This document shows, piece by piece, positions 1 through 9,088 of a stretch of DNA of 64,000 nt. The notes beneath the pieces were generated by a model. That model did no database searches. It was not told the DNA's origin and was given only the letters and a program-made list of their open reading frames with translations. This DNA is from Phycisphaerae bacterium (GTDB taxonomy: Bacteria > Planctomycetota > Phycisphaerae > UBA1845 > JANYLN01): positions 2,700 to 66,699 of the forward strand of contig JAWLBS010000001.1 in the NCBI GenBank assembly GCA_041687575.1, given 5' to 3'. Made by a program: the position numbers and the translations under genes. Position 1 is the first letter of the stretch. Each line of letters begins with the position of its first letter.

Positions 1-2
1 GG

Positions 3-977
3 TTCGCCGAGGCCCCTCGCCGGATGCATCCGGCGTCGATCTTCCCCGAGGCCCGTTCGGTGATCGTGGTCGCGCGGCGGATCCTTCGCGGCAACTGGCG
101 CGGCATCGAGGAGGGCACCTACTGGCCGACGTACACCTACTTCGGCTATCACGGGCTGCTCAACAGCCAGTTCATCCCCCGGCCGCTGTACGAGACCTCG
201 TGCCTGATCGAGGACCACGGCTACGAGGCGGTGCCCTACTACCCGGGCGTGCCGGAGCGGCAGCCGCCGGAAAGCCCCGTCCGCCCCGGCGCGGTCGGCC
301 CCGACGTGCACCTGGCGATCCGCATCGCCGGCATCGCGGCCGGCCTGGGCGAGTGCGGCTGGGCGAAGGTCTTCTTGACGGAAAAGTTCGGCCCGCGGGT
401 TCGGCTGCACGCGATCATCACCGACGCGCCGCTCGAGCCCGATCCCCTCGTCGAGCCCGGCAGCCTGTGCGACAGGTGCATGGCGTGCGTGACCGGCTGT
501 CCGTGCAACGCGATCCCGCACGCGAAGGAAGGCAAGACCGTCCGCATTCGCATCGAGGACAAGATCTACGAGTGGGGCGACGTGCACATGGGCCGCTGCA
601 CGCTGAGTTATCACGGCGGCGACGCGGCGGTCTCGCCGTTTCTGCACAAGTCGCTGCCCGGCTACAATCTGGAGGTGGCCGAGCAGGACCTCGGCGAAAA
701 CGACGCCTACAAGATCTGCTGGCCGCTTTCGCTGGACAAGTGGACGCCGACCGATGCCGACCCGTCGGGCTATCGCGTGGAGGGCCACGCGATGCTGCGC
801 GACTGGGGGCAGGACGGCAGCTACGGCGTGGGCGGCTCGCGCGGGTGCATGCGGAGCTGCTTCGACCGGCTCGAACGCCAGGGCAAAATCGAGCAGACCT
901 TCGAAAGCGGCCCGTTTATCAAGCGGCCGCGGTGGCTGCTGCCGGCCAAAGTCGACAGGAAAGGAGCAAACCCGTGA
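3..977 (+). CDS. QueG/RdhA-like 4Fe-4S iron-sulfur protein, 5' end probably outside the window
   Basis: The frame is open from the window edge (first in-frame ATG at 24). AGLGECGWAKVFLTEKFGPRVRLHAIITDAPLEPDP followed by CDRCMACVTGCPCNAIP (CxxCxxCxxxCP) resembles epoxyqueuosine-reductase / reductive-dehalogenase-like proteins. The stop overlaps the next start (GTGA, 974-977). Confidence 0.6.
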   Translation, partial: FAEAPRRMHPASIFPEARSVIVVARRILRGNWRGIEEGTYWPTYTYFGYHGLLNSQFIPRPLYETSCLIEDHGYEAVPYYPGVPERQPPESPVRPGAVGPDVHLAIRIAGIAAGLGECGWAKVFLTEKFGPRVRLHAIITDAPLEPDPLVEPGSLCDRCMACVTGCPCNAIPHAKEGKTVRIRIEDKIYEWGDVHMGRCTLSYHGGDAAVSPFLHKSLPGYNLEVAEQDLGENDAYKICWPLSLDKWTPTDADPSGYRVEGHAMLRDWGQDGSYGVGGSRGCMRSCFDRLERQGKIEQTFESGPFIKRPRWLLPAKVDRKGANP

Positions 978-1885
978 GACTGCACGGTCTGATTGCCGCC
1001 CCCTACACCCCGATGAACGAGGACGGATCGATCAACCTTGACGCGGTCGAGCCTTACGCCGACCTGCTCGCCCGCAACGGCGTGGCGGGCGTGTTCGTCA
1101 GCGGCACGACGGGCGAGAGCCTCTCGCTGAGCATGCGCGAGCGGATGGATCTTGCAACCGCGTGGGCCCGGGCGTCGGGGGGCCGGCTGAAGGTGGTCGT
1201 GCACGTCGGAGGCGAGAACCTGCAGGAGTGCCAACAGATGGCCCGGCACGCGCAGGAGGCGGGGGCCGATGCGGTCGCGGCGATGCCGCCTGTGTTCTTC
1301 AAGCCGGCTGGACTGTCGGGGCTGGCCCACTGGATTGCCGAGGTGGCCGGCGCGGTGCCCGACCTTCCGTTCTACTATTATCACATTCCTTCCCGGACCG
1401 GGGTGAACGTCGAGGTCCGCGACCTGCTGGCCGCGGCCGGCGAGACGATCCCCAACCTGGCGGGGGCGAAGTTCACGTTCGAAAACCTGATGGACTTTCA
1501 CCTGTGCGTGCGGGCGGACGGGGGGCGGTACGACATGCTGTTCGGCCGGGACGAGATCCTGCTGGCGGGTCTGGCGCTGGGCGCCCGCGGGGCGGTGGGC
1601 ACGACGTACAATTTCGCCGCGCCGCTGTACCGGCAAATCATCGAGGCGTTCGAGGCGGGGGACATGGCCACGGCGCAAGCGGCGCAGTACAGGGCGATGG
1701 ACCTGGTCGAGCTGCTCGTCCGCGGCGGCGGGCCGATGCTGTCGGTCTCCAAGGCGATCATGGGGATGATCGGGGTCGACTGCGGCCCGGCCCGGCTGCC
1801 GGCGACCCCGGCCAGCGCCAAACACATTCGCGCCCTGCACGAGGGGCTGGAACGGATCGGGTTCGAGGAGTTTGCGTGCCGGTGA
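974..1885 (+). CDS. DapA/NanA-family class I aldolase (dihydrodipicolinate synthase / N-acetylneuraminate lyase-like)
   Basis: GTG start at 974 overlaps the upstream stop. Family motifs present: SGTTGESLSL, YYYHIPSRTG and LAGAKFT (Schiff-base Lys context). The 561-aa ORF starting at 200 is an in-frame upstream artefact that overlaps the previous gene. Confidence 0.8.
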   Translation: MRLHGLIAAPYTPMNEDGSINLDAVEPYADLLARNGVAGVFVSGTTGESLSLSMRERMDLATAWARASGGRLKVVVHVGGENLQECQQMARHAQEAGADAVAAMPPVFFKPAGLSGLAHWIAEVAGAVPDLPFYYYHIPSRTGVNVEVRDLLAAAGETIPNLAGAKFTFENLMDFHLCVRADGGRYDMLFGRDEILLAGLALGARGAVGTTYNFAAPLYRQIIEAFEAGDMATAQAAQYRAMDLVELLVRGGGPMLSVSKAIMGMIGVDCGPARLPATPASAKHIRALHEGLERIGFEEFACR

Positions 1886-1913
1886 GGGAGCACGTGTGTG
1901 AGGAGTTTCGACT

Positions 1914-2876
1914 TTGTCCGCAACGCCGCTGGAAACGTTCATCCTGCCCGCCCTGGCCGGCGGGGGGTTCAGCCTTGTCGCCATCGCCTATCGCCTGGGC
2001 CAGCCGCGCAACATCATCCCCCTCGACATGCTCGGCATCTGCGGGGCGATCGGGGCGGTCCTGTTCGCCGGGCTGGGGATGCGAATCGGGTCGATCGCCG
2101 ATGTCCCCGCGCAGGTGTGGTTGTGGGGACTGGTCGGTGGGCTCGGCCAATATGTGGCGATCAAAATGCTCGGCTGCGCCCTGCGGATCGGGCCGCTCTC
2201 GCCGCTGTGGTGCGTGTTGAGCCTGGCCTTCGTGCCGACGCTGGTCTATGCACGGGTCTTTCTGACCGAAGACCTGCTGCCGCTGCAGTACCTGGCGATT
2301 GCCGCGAGCATCCTGTGCGTGCTGGTCGCCTCGATCCGACCGGCCGAGGACGCGGCGGCGGATGAGGGGGCCGCCTCGACAATCACCGCAGCCGCCGTTC
2401 GTGCGGCCCGGCTGCGCACCGGGCTGATCTACCTGGCGCTGCTGCTGGCGATCTTCATGATCAACAGCCTGCTGCCGATCGGCCAGCGGGTGCTGGGCGA
2501 GCTCAAGGCCGCCGACGGCCGGGGGTTCAACCTGCTGTACGGCCACTGGTTCCTGGCGACGGTCTATGCGATGCTCGCGGTGTGCGCGCTGCTGGATGCG
2601 GTCGCGACCGGCCGAACGCAGGCGTCCCGGCGGGCGCTGCTGGCGCTGGGCGTACTGGCCGGGGCGGGCTCGATGAGCGGGCTGGGCCTGCTGAACCTCT
2701 GTTCGTCATCGGCGATCGTCTACGCGGTAGCCGGCATCACACAGATCCTGATCGTCGCGGTGATCTCGGTGATCGCCTTCGGCGAGCGGACCTCGGCGAC
2801 CTGGTACGCCGCGCTGGCCCTGGGGGTGCTGGCGGTGGCACTGGCGAACTGGAACCAGGTCGTGGCTGGGCTCTGA
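1914..2876 (+). CDS. polytopic membrane protein, DMT/EamA-like (putative transporter)
   Basis: 320 aa, about 10 hydrophobic segments arranged as two halves. Lies 29 nt downstream of the aldolase gene. No diagnostic motif recognised. Confidence 0.5.
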   Translation: MSATPLETFILPALAGGGFSLVAIAYRLGQPRNIIPLDMLGICGAIGAVLFAGLGMRIGSIADVPAQVWLWGLVGGLGQYVAIKMLGCALRIGPLSPLWCVLSLAFVPTLVYARVFLTEDLLPLQYLAIAASILCVLVASIRPAEDAAADEGAASTITAAAVRAARLRTGLIYLALLLAIFMINSLLPIGQRVLGELKAADGRGFNLLYGHWFLATVYAMLAVCALLDAVATGRTQASRRALLALGVLAGAGSMSGLGLLNLCSSSAIVYAVAGITQILIVAVISVIAFGERTSATWYAALALGVLAVALANWNQVVAGL

Positions 2877-2893
2877 CAGGCATCCAAATCCGT

Positions 2894-3901
2894 CTACACA
2901 TACGGCAACGCCCCATCCTGCAAGAGCAGGCTCGTGCCCATCCCCTTCGCCCTCGCCCGGCGGAGGACCTCGGTGGCCATCGCCACATCGTGGATCGCCA
3001 TGCCGAAGTTGAGAGTGACGATCCGTTCGCGCGGGCACTGCCGCCCAGGGCGGGCGCCGCAGACGACCTCGCCCAGCTGCGCGTGCAGCGTCGGGGCAGG
3101 CTGATTCTCATAGAAGCCGCCCGGCCCGAACAGCACCGCGTGGAACTGCTGCCAGTCGTCGACGACGAACTTGTCCGCCTCGCGCAGGGCCTTGAGCTCC
3201 CACCCGCGGCTGTGGATCGGCAGCACCAGCACCCCCTCGCGGCGGACCCACTCATCGACAAAGAGCACCTCGTCGAGCACGCCCGTGGCCGTCACCGCCA
3301 CATCCGCGCCGCGGAGGACGGCCTCGGCCGAGACGCCCGCCTCGACCCGAAACCCGACCCGCCGCCCCATCGACTCCACGTACCGCTCCAGCGCCGCGGC
3401 GTCCGGGTCGTACACCCGTGCGACCTGCAGGTCCGGCAGCACCTGCGCCAACATCAGCAGGTTGTACCGCCCCTGCACCCCCGCCCCGGCGATGCCGAGC
3501 ACGCGGGCGTCGCGGTTGGCCAGGTATTTCGCCGCCACCGCCGAGACCGCCGCCGTCCGCAGCGCGGTAATGTAGGCGCAGTCCATCACCGCCGTCGGCA
3601 GGCCCGTGGCCACGTCGTTCAGCACGATCAGCCCGGTAATCGTCGGCAGGCCCCTGGCCGGGTTGCTGGAAAAGCCGCCGACCCACTTGAGCCCGGCCGC
3701 CCTCATCCGCGGCAGGTAGCCGGGCATCGCGTGCAGGAAGGCGTCGTGCAGCGGGTGCACGCCGGGCTTGGGCGGGTTCTCGTAGCGGCCTTCGCCGTGC
3801 TCGCGGAGGACGGCCTCGACGATGTCGATCGCGTCGGTGAGCTCCAGGCCGGCGTCGATCACCTCCTGCTGGGAGAGGTAGAGCATCTCTATTCGGTTCA
3901 T
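2894..3901 (-). CDS. ornithine cyclodeaminase / mu-crystallin family NAD(P)-dependent enzyme
   Basis: Start chosen at MNRIEMLYLSQQEV (ATG 3901). Family-typical TALRTAAVSAVAAKYLA and Rossmann LGIAGAGVQG. Convergent with the 3..2876 gene set. Confidence 0.8.
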   Translation of the reverse strand: MNRIEMLYLSQQEVIDAGLELTDAIDIVEAVLREHGEGRYENPPKPGVHPLHDAFLHAMPGYLPRMRAAGLKWVGGFSSNPARGLPTITGLIVLNDVATGLPTAVMDCAYITALRTAAVSAVAAKYLANRDARVLGIAGAGVQGRYNLLMLAQVLPDLQVARVYDPDAAALERYVESMGRRVGFRVEAGVSAEAVLRGADVAVTATGVLDEVLFVDEWVRREGVLVLPIHSRGWELKALREADKFVVDDWQQFHAVLFGPGGFYENQPAPTLHAQLGEVVCGARPGRQCPRERIVTLNFGMAIHDVAMATEVLRRARAKGMGTSLLLQDGALPYV

Positions 3902-4147
3902 GTGTGAGCCGTCTCCTTTCGGGCCAGCCGATGATCCTGAGGCAGCCTCGTGCGTATCCGATCCACCTGAAACAAGCACGGCCCTGCGAACGACCGCAGG
4001 CCAGTGGCACCCGACAACACCTTGATGCCGGATCGGGCAGCGACATCCGGAGCCTGAACGAGCACGGCCGCATTATCCACCATGCCGGGCTTTTGCATCA
4101 ATGCCGCACGCCTTACAATCTCAGTGATGGCACAAGGTGAGGAACCC

Positions 4148-4612
4148 ATGACAAGCGCCCTGCGCATCCTGATCATCCTGCTCGTCAGCGTCGGCTCGGC
4201 CGCGGCGGTCAACGCCATCCGCGCCGACGGCATCGACTGGTTCGTCGCGCGCGAGGTGATCTATCCGCCGCCCACGCCGGACCAGGCCGAGGCGGACATC
4301 GAGCGCGACGAGGTCCTCGCGGCCATCGAGCGGGGGGCGGTCGCCGTCGATGCCCGGCCGGCGCACCTGTTCGAACAGGGGCGCATCCCCGGGGCGGTGA
4401 ACATCCCGGCTGAGGAGCCGTTCGCCCACCTCGACGCTCTGTTCATGCGGGCGCTGCCGGAAACACTGGTCATCATTTACTGCGGCGGCGAACCGTGCGA
4501 CGACAGCCAGATCATCTTCGACCTGCTGCGGGACAACGGGTTTGAGAACGCACGGATCTACTTCGGCGGCTGGCGAGACTGGACCGAGGCCGGCTTGCCG
4601 GTGGAGCAATAG
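4148..4612 (+). CDS. membrane-anchored rhodanese-domain protein
   Basis: N-terminal TM (ILIILLVSVGSAAAV), then a rhodanese-like core (VDARPAHLFEQGRIPGAVNIP ... IIYCGGEPCDDS ... GGWRDW). AGGTGAGGA lies upstream of ATG 4148. ATGs at 4082 and 4127 are alternatives. Confidence 0.75.
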   Translation: MTSALRILIILLVSVGSAAAVNAIRADGIDWFVAREVIYPPPTPDQAEADIERDEVLAAIERGAVAVDARPAHLFEQGRIPGAVNIPAEEPFAHLDALFMRALPETLVIIYCGGEPCDDSQIIFDLLRDNGFENARIYFGGWRDWTEAGLPVEQ

Positions 4613-4709
4613 ATGTGCGGACCGAACAAGTTTTGCACGTGTGCCCGAAATGTGAGTCGCACGGCCCTGCAACGACGCAGGACCGCGGCAGCCGGCCAGA
4701 CACCGGAAG

Positions 4710-5261
4710 GTGAACACAGCTGACATGAAGCCCGACCAGCAGACACAGACATCTGAACCGCAAGCCGACCCGATCCCGCCGCCGCGGTGGCAGGCGTGGC
4801 TGATCGGTGAGCCGCACCCCGTCTGGACCTGGCTGTCGCGACTGAGTGGCTGGCTGCTGGCGGGGGTGTTCCTCTACGCGGGCGTCATCAAGATGCTCGA
4901 CCCGGCCGAGTTCGCCGTGCAGATCCGCAACTACCAGCTCGCCCCGTGGTGGGCGATCCACCCGGCGGCGATCTCGCTGCCGCTGGTGGAGATCGTCGCA
5001 GCTGTATTGCTGCTGCTGGGGATCTGGGCATTCGAGGCGACGGTCGTCCTGGGCGGGCTGCTGGTGCTGTTCATGGTCGGGATCGGCTGGGCGATGCACC
5101 TGGGGCTGGACGTCGAGTGTGGCTGTTTCGGCGGGGACAGCCGGGTGGGCTGGGGCCTGCTGCTCCAGGACGCCGCCCTGCTGGCCGCGGCGGGCATCAG
5201 CCTGCTGGCCCGTCGCCGCGGATCGTCCAGGTTCAATAAGAATGGCAACAACAACGAGTAA
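4710..5261 (+). CDS. MauE/DoxX-family membrane protein
   Basis: Four TM segments, AGVIKMLDP motif and CGCFG motif typical of the MauE (methylamine utilisation) / DoxX family. Follows the rhodanese gene. Confidence 0.7.
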   Translation: MNTADMKPDQQTQTSEPQADPIPPPRWQAWLIGEPHPVWTWLSRLSGWLLAGVFLYAGVIKMLDPAEFAVQIRNYQLAPWWAIHPAAISLPLVEIVAAVLLLLGIWAFEATVVLGGLLVLFMVGIGWAMHLGLDVECGCFGGDSRVGWGLLLQDAALLAAAGISLLARRRGSSRFNKNGNNNE

Positions 5262-5778
5262 TTTGCGGATTTCGCAAGATTGTGCAGCGCGGAGGGAAAC
5301 AGCCTTCCGCAGATTTCGCAGATTGACACAGATCAGAAACAACAACGGCAGGGGTCAGAGGTCAGGGATCAGGGGTCAGTGAGCAACAGCCACGGCAACA
5401 ACAAAGAATATATCAGCCACGGATGAACGCGGATGAAACGCGGATGAACGACAACGGCAGTTGTAGGGCGGGCTGCGCCCGCCAAAGCCGTTGCAGGGTG
5501 GGCGACTCTGCCCACCAAGGCACTGTGCCGGGTGGTCGCGCTGTCTGCGACCATGGATCCGCGGATTGGCGAGACTCCCGCAGACGGACGGGAAGGAGCC
5601 CGAAAGCGTCAGCGAGGGTGACTTTGTCCTTCCGCAAGGGCGAGACCTCCGCACCCCGCGCCAACGAGCCGCGACCGTGAGGGAGCGGTAATCTGTCGCA
5701 CCTACCCCACCCGCCGCCCTTGTCACCCTGCCACGCCGGCACGTTGTCATATTGTCATATTGTCACGTTGTCAGCCCC
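5262..5778. repeat. intergenic repeat mosaic (BIME-like) with REP-type palindromes
   Basis: Contains CGCAGATTTCGCAGATTGACACAGAT, (GGGGTCAG-like)n at 5351-5379, GCGGATGAA x3 and GTAGGGCGGGCTGCGCCCGCC at 5463-5483. Also contains GAGCCGCGACCGTGAGGGAGCGG and a TTGTCAYR tandem at 5741-5774. All modules recur elsewhere in the window. Confidence 0.75.
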
Positions 5779-6468
5779 TCACCCTGTCGCGCACATCAGG
5801 ATGTAGACCCACAGCGCCACCACCATCAGCGCCGTGCCGACGGCGACGTAGCCTAGCAGCTGCTTGATGAATTCCGGCACCCACCGAAACGGCATGTCCG
5901 CCACGATCGCGATCAGCGTCAGGGGGGTGAGCGCAAGGCCCACGACTCTGCCCAGTGGCCCGAGCAGCCGCCTGAGCGCCGACCGGACCGGCGTGCCCCC
6001 CGGTTTCGGCTCGCCCTTTGCCTCAGGGGCCGCGGGCTTGCCGGCCTGCAGCTGCTTGATCGCCTGCTTGATCTCCTGTTCCACCTCGTCGTCGGCGACG
6101 GGCTCTGTCTCGGCCGAGACGGGAGTATCGGCGCCGCCATCAGTCGCCCGACCGCCGGCGCGGCGATCGGCGAGCCTGACGGGCGCCGCGTCCGTGGGGG
6201 CGGATTCGGCGGCGTCGTCCATCAGCGGTTCGGGCCCGGTTGCGTCTAGGGACTCCTCCTCACCAGCGGCGTCGGCGGGATCGGCCCTGCCGACCTCCTC
6301 GACCAGCGTCGAGGCGGCTGATTCGAGATGATCGAGTTTCTTTTCGACCTCGGCCTCGTCCACCGGCTGCGTCAGGTCGTCCTGTCCGCGCGGCTGACTC
6401 GAACCGGGTTTTTCTGCGGGATCCACCTGGCACCTCCCTGCCGCACGCCCCGGGGGCACATGCGGCAC
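5779..6468 (-). CDS. hypothetical acidic protein with C-terminal membrane anchor
   Basis: ORF only. Asp/Glu/Ala/Pro-rich N-terminal ~160 aa, then two hydrophobic helices (VVGLALTPLTLIAIV, LLGYVAVGTALMVVALWVYILM). True start uncertain. Confidence 0.4.
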   Translation of the reverse strand: MPHVPPGRAAGRCQVDPAEKPGSSQPRGQDDLTQPVDEAEVEKKLDHLESAASTLVEEVGRADPADAAGEEESLDATGPEPLMDDAAESAPTDAAPVRLADRRAGGRATDGGADTPVSAETEPVADDEVEQEIKQAIKQLQAGKPAAPEAKGEPKPGGTPVRSALRRLLGPLGRVVGLALTPLTLIAIVADMPFRWVPEFIKQLLGYVAVGTALMVVALWVYILMCATG

Positions 6469-6592
6469 TCAACGATGTTTCATCGGCCCGAACCGGCTGC
6501 GGCCCAAGCGGCAAGCCGCACAAGGATCCGGGGCAGCCGCGTTGGCAACGACACCGGGACAAGCCGCCCCGTTTACCCTAAAATACGCCGGC

Positions 6593-7450
6593 ATGACCGA
6601 CCACTGGCTTTACAGCGAAAATCTGCCCGCCGCCCCGGCCGACTGGACGCTGGAGGGGTCCGAGGCCCAGCACGCCCGGGCCCGGCGCCTCACCGCCGAC
6701 GAACCGGTCCACCTGTTCGACGGCCGGGGCCGCGTCTGCGCCGCCCGTGTCCGTGCGGCCGATAAGCGGGTCCTGCGTTTGCGGATCGAGACGAGCGCGA
6801 CGCTGCCTCCCCGGCTGCCGCGCCTGACCGTCGCGGTCAGCCCCCCCAAGGGCGACCGGCTGGACTGGATGCTCGAGAAGCTGACCGAACTGGGCGTGGC
6901 CGCCATCCTGCCGATCCGCTGCAAGCGGTCGGTCGTCCAGGCGAAGGATGACCGGCTGGAACGGTGGCACCGGCGGTGCGTCGAAGCCGCCAAGCAGGCC
7001 CACGTGGCCCACGTGCCCGCGGTCGCCGAGCCGCTGGACTTGGCGCAGCTGCTCGGTGGCGCCGGGGAGTTCACCCACACGTTTGTGCCCGACACGGTCG
7101 GGTCGGTCCTGTCGATCCTGTCGGTGGAGCCCCTGTCGCTGAATGCCAGGCCGGTCGTCATTATCGGCCCGGAGGGGGGCTTTGCCGACCACGAGCGCGA
7201 CCTGATGACCCGCAGCGGCGCCCGGACGGTCGGCCTGGGGCCGACGGTCCTTCGCACGGAAACCGCCGCAATCGTCGCCGCCGCCTGTCTGCTGATTGCC
7301 GCCGACGCGCGGGCCGACCGGACAGCCGGCACGGTCGAACCGGCGAGCGAGGGCGACGGTCCCGCCGCCCCCTTGCTTCCGCCGGCCGGATCCGAGGGTC
7401 CCGCCAATCCCTCCAGCCCGCCGGCCGGACCGGGGGAGGCCGCGCCGTGA
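6593..7450 (+). CDS. rsmE: 16S rRNA (uracil1498-N3)-methyltransferase RsmE, with Pro/Ala-rich C-terminal extension
   Basis: HARARRL, PPKGDRLDWMLEKLTELGV, IGPEGGF and LGPTVLRTETA motifs. Start taken at MTDHW (ATG 6593). Confidence 0.85.
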   Translation: MTDHWLYSENLPAAPADWTLEGSEAQHARARRLTADEPVHLFDGRGRVCAARVRAADKRVLRLRIETSATLPPRLPRLTVAVSPPKGDRLDWMLEKLTELGVAAILPIRCKRSVVQAKDDRLERWHRRCVEAAKQAHVAHVPAVAEPLDLAQLLGGAGEFTHTFVPDTVGSVLSILSVEPLSLNARPVVIIGPEGGFADHERDLMTRSGARTVGLGPTVLRTETAAIVAAACLLIAADARADRTAGTVEPASEGDGPAAPLLPPAGSEGPANPSSPPAGPGEAAP

Positions 7451-8274
7451 CCTTCGAACCGACCCTGTCCGCCCAGCGGCTGCAGGCCGCCTTGCGGACC
7501 CGCCGGATCGGCCGCCGCCTGCACAGCCTTGCCGAAGCCGACAGCACCAACAGCATCTGCTGGCAGCACCTGGAGGCGGAAGAGGCCGGGGCCGACGGCA
7601 CCGTCGTGCTGGCCGATTACCAGACCGCGGGCCGCGGCCGGTTCCACCGCGTCTGGCTGGCGCCGCGGGCGTCGAGCGTGCTTCTGAGCGTCCTGATCGT
7701 CCAACCGGCCGAACCGCTGTTGGCCGAGCGGCTGAGCCTGATCGCCGGGATTGCCGGCTGCTTGGCGTGCCGTAGGGCCAGCGACGCCGAGATCCAGCTT
7801 CGCTGGCCCAACGATCTGGTCTGCCGACGGCGGAAGGTCGGGGGCATCCTCGTCGAGTCCCGCGCGATGCCGGACGCCCGGGTCGCCGCGGTGATCGGGG
7901 TCGGCATCAACTGCCTGCAGCACGCCGGCCACTTCCCGCCGGACCTGCGCGACCGGGCGGCGTCGCTGGACATGGTCAGCCCCAACCCCATCTCAAGATT
8001 TGACCTGGCTGTCGACCTGCTGGGCCGCCTGGACGCATGGTTCGCCAGCCGGCCGCTGCCCGGCGCCGAGGTCGTGCGGGCGAAATGGCAGGACCTGGCC
8101 GAACCGCCGGGCATGCGGGTCTGCCTGATCCACGCCGGCCGGCGTTACTATGGCACGACCATAGAGCTGGACCCGGCCGGCGGCCTGCTGGTGCAGCTGG
8201 ATTCGGGGGGGCGACGCATTTTCCCGGCGTCAACGACGACGCTGGAAGCGACCGATCCGCCGCCGGCAGCTTGA
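7447..8274 (+). CDS. birA: biotin--[acetyl-CoA-carboxylase] ligase
   Basis: GTG 7447 overlaps the rsmE stop (GTGA). QTAGRGRFHRVW (GRGRxGRxW-type biotin-binding loop), GIGINC. No N-terminal HTH domain visible. Confidence 0.85.
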   Translation: MTFEPTLSAQRLQAALRTRRIGRRLHSLAEADSTNSICWQHLEAEEAGADGTVVLADYQTAGRGRFHRVWLAPRASSVLLSVLIVQPAEPLLAERLSLIAGIAGCLACRRASDAEIQLRWPNDLVCRRRKVGGILVESRAMPDARVAAVIGVGINCLQHAGHFPPDLRDRAASLDMVSPNPISRFDLAVDLLGRLDAWFASRPLPGAEVVRAKWQDLAEPPGMRVCLIHAGRRYYGTTIELDPAGGLLVQLDSGGRRIFPASTTTLEATDPPPAA

Positions 8275-8760
8275 TTATAAGCGGCGTCTGCGCCGCGCTG
8301 CATAGTCGGGCAGCGGCATTCAACGTGAGATTCGAGAGTCGCGCAGCTGGGAGGCTTGGGTGAAAGCGGCGTCACGGCCGCCGCAGTCCACAGTCGTCGC
8401 TGATCGTCCCGTTAAGTTTGAGAGCGGGGAACCGAGGGCGGCTTGATTGAAAGCGGCGTCTTTGGCGTCGCACTTCAAGGGCTGTCGCCGTCTTTCACGG
8501 CCCTGCGCCCGGCTTCGTTGGACGCCGGCTGAGCAGGGCGGGTCGCGGGAACGTGGCGCCCCCTGACTCTCCTTTCGCCCCTGACGGGGGCTTTGGCGGG
8601 CACAGCCCGCCCTACAACTGCCGTTGTTATTTCTAATCTGTGTCAATCTGCGAAATCTGCGGAAGGTCGTTTCGCTCCGTCCTGTACACGTTATCAGAAT
8701 CTGCGGACGGCTGCTGTTGTCGTTCACTGGCAACTGTCCGTTGGCCACTGCCTGTCCCCT
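8269..8760. repeat. intergenic repeat mosaic
   Basis: Three direct copies of GCTTG(A/G)TTGAAAGCGGCGTC..GCCGC at 8269-8296, 8354-8384 and 8441-8473. REP GGCGGGCACAGCCCGCCCTAC at 8595-8615. Inverted copy of the CGCAGATTTCGCAGATTGACACAGAT module at about 8635-8665. Confidence 0.7.
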
Positions 8761-9088
8761 GCAACCTGCCACCAGCGTTTGCCCGAGACGCAGCTGTATC
8801 CGATATCTACGCATGGCGGCGGGCCGACCGTAGGGTCCCCGCCTGATCGTATCAGCCGGAACGTTTGCGGCGACCGTCGCTCGGCCGACTCGCCATGTCG
8901 ATGAACCTTAATCACTTAACAGCCTGTTGGCCGTCCCGTCGTCCGGATAAAAACCGCCGCGGCGACCCTGGCCGATCGGTCAGGCGCCGGCGGGGTCAGT
9001 CCGGTAGCGCCCGCCGTCGATACCACGTTGAGGCGGGACGACTGGCGCTGGACTCGCCGGTACGGGCTGGAAAAGGGGATAGCGACGG

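Noticed and set aside
200-973. N-terminal extension of the DapA-family ORF (561-aa version starting at 200).
   Set aside because: It fully overlaps the Fe-S protein gene in another frame and is Arg/Pro-rich. Aldolase similarity begins only at the GTG at 974, which overlaps the upstream stop.
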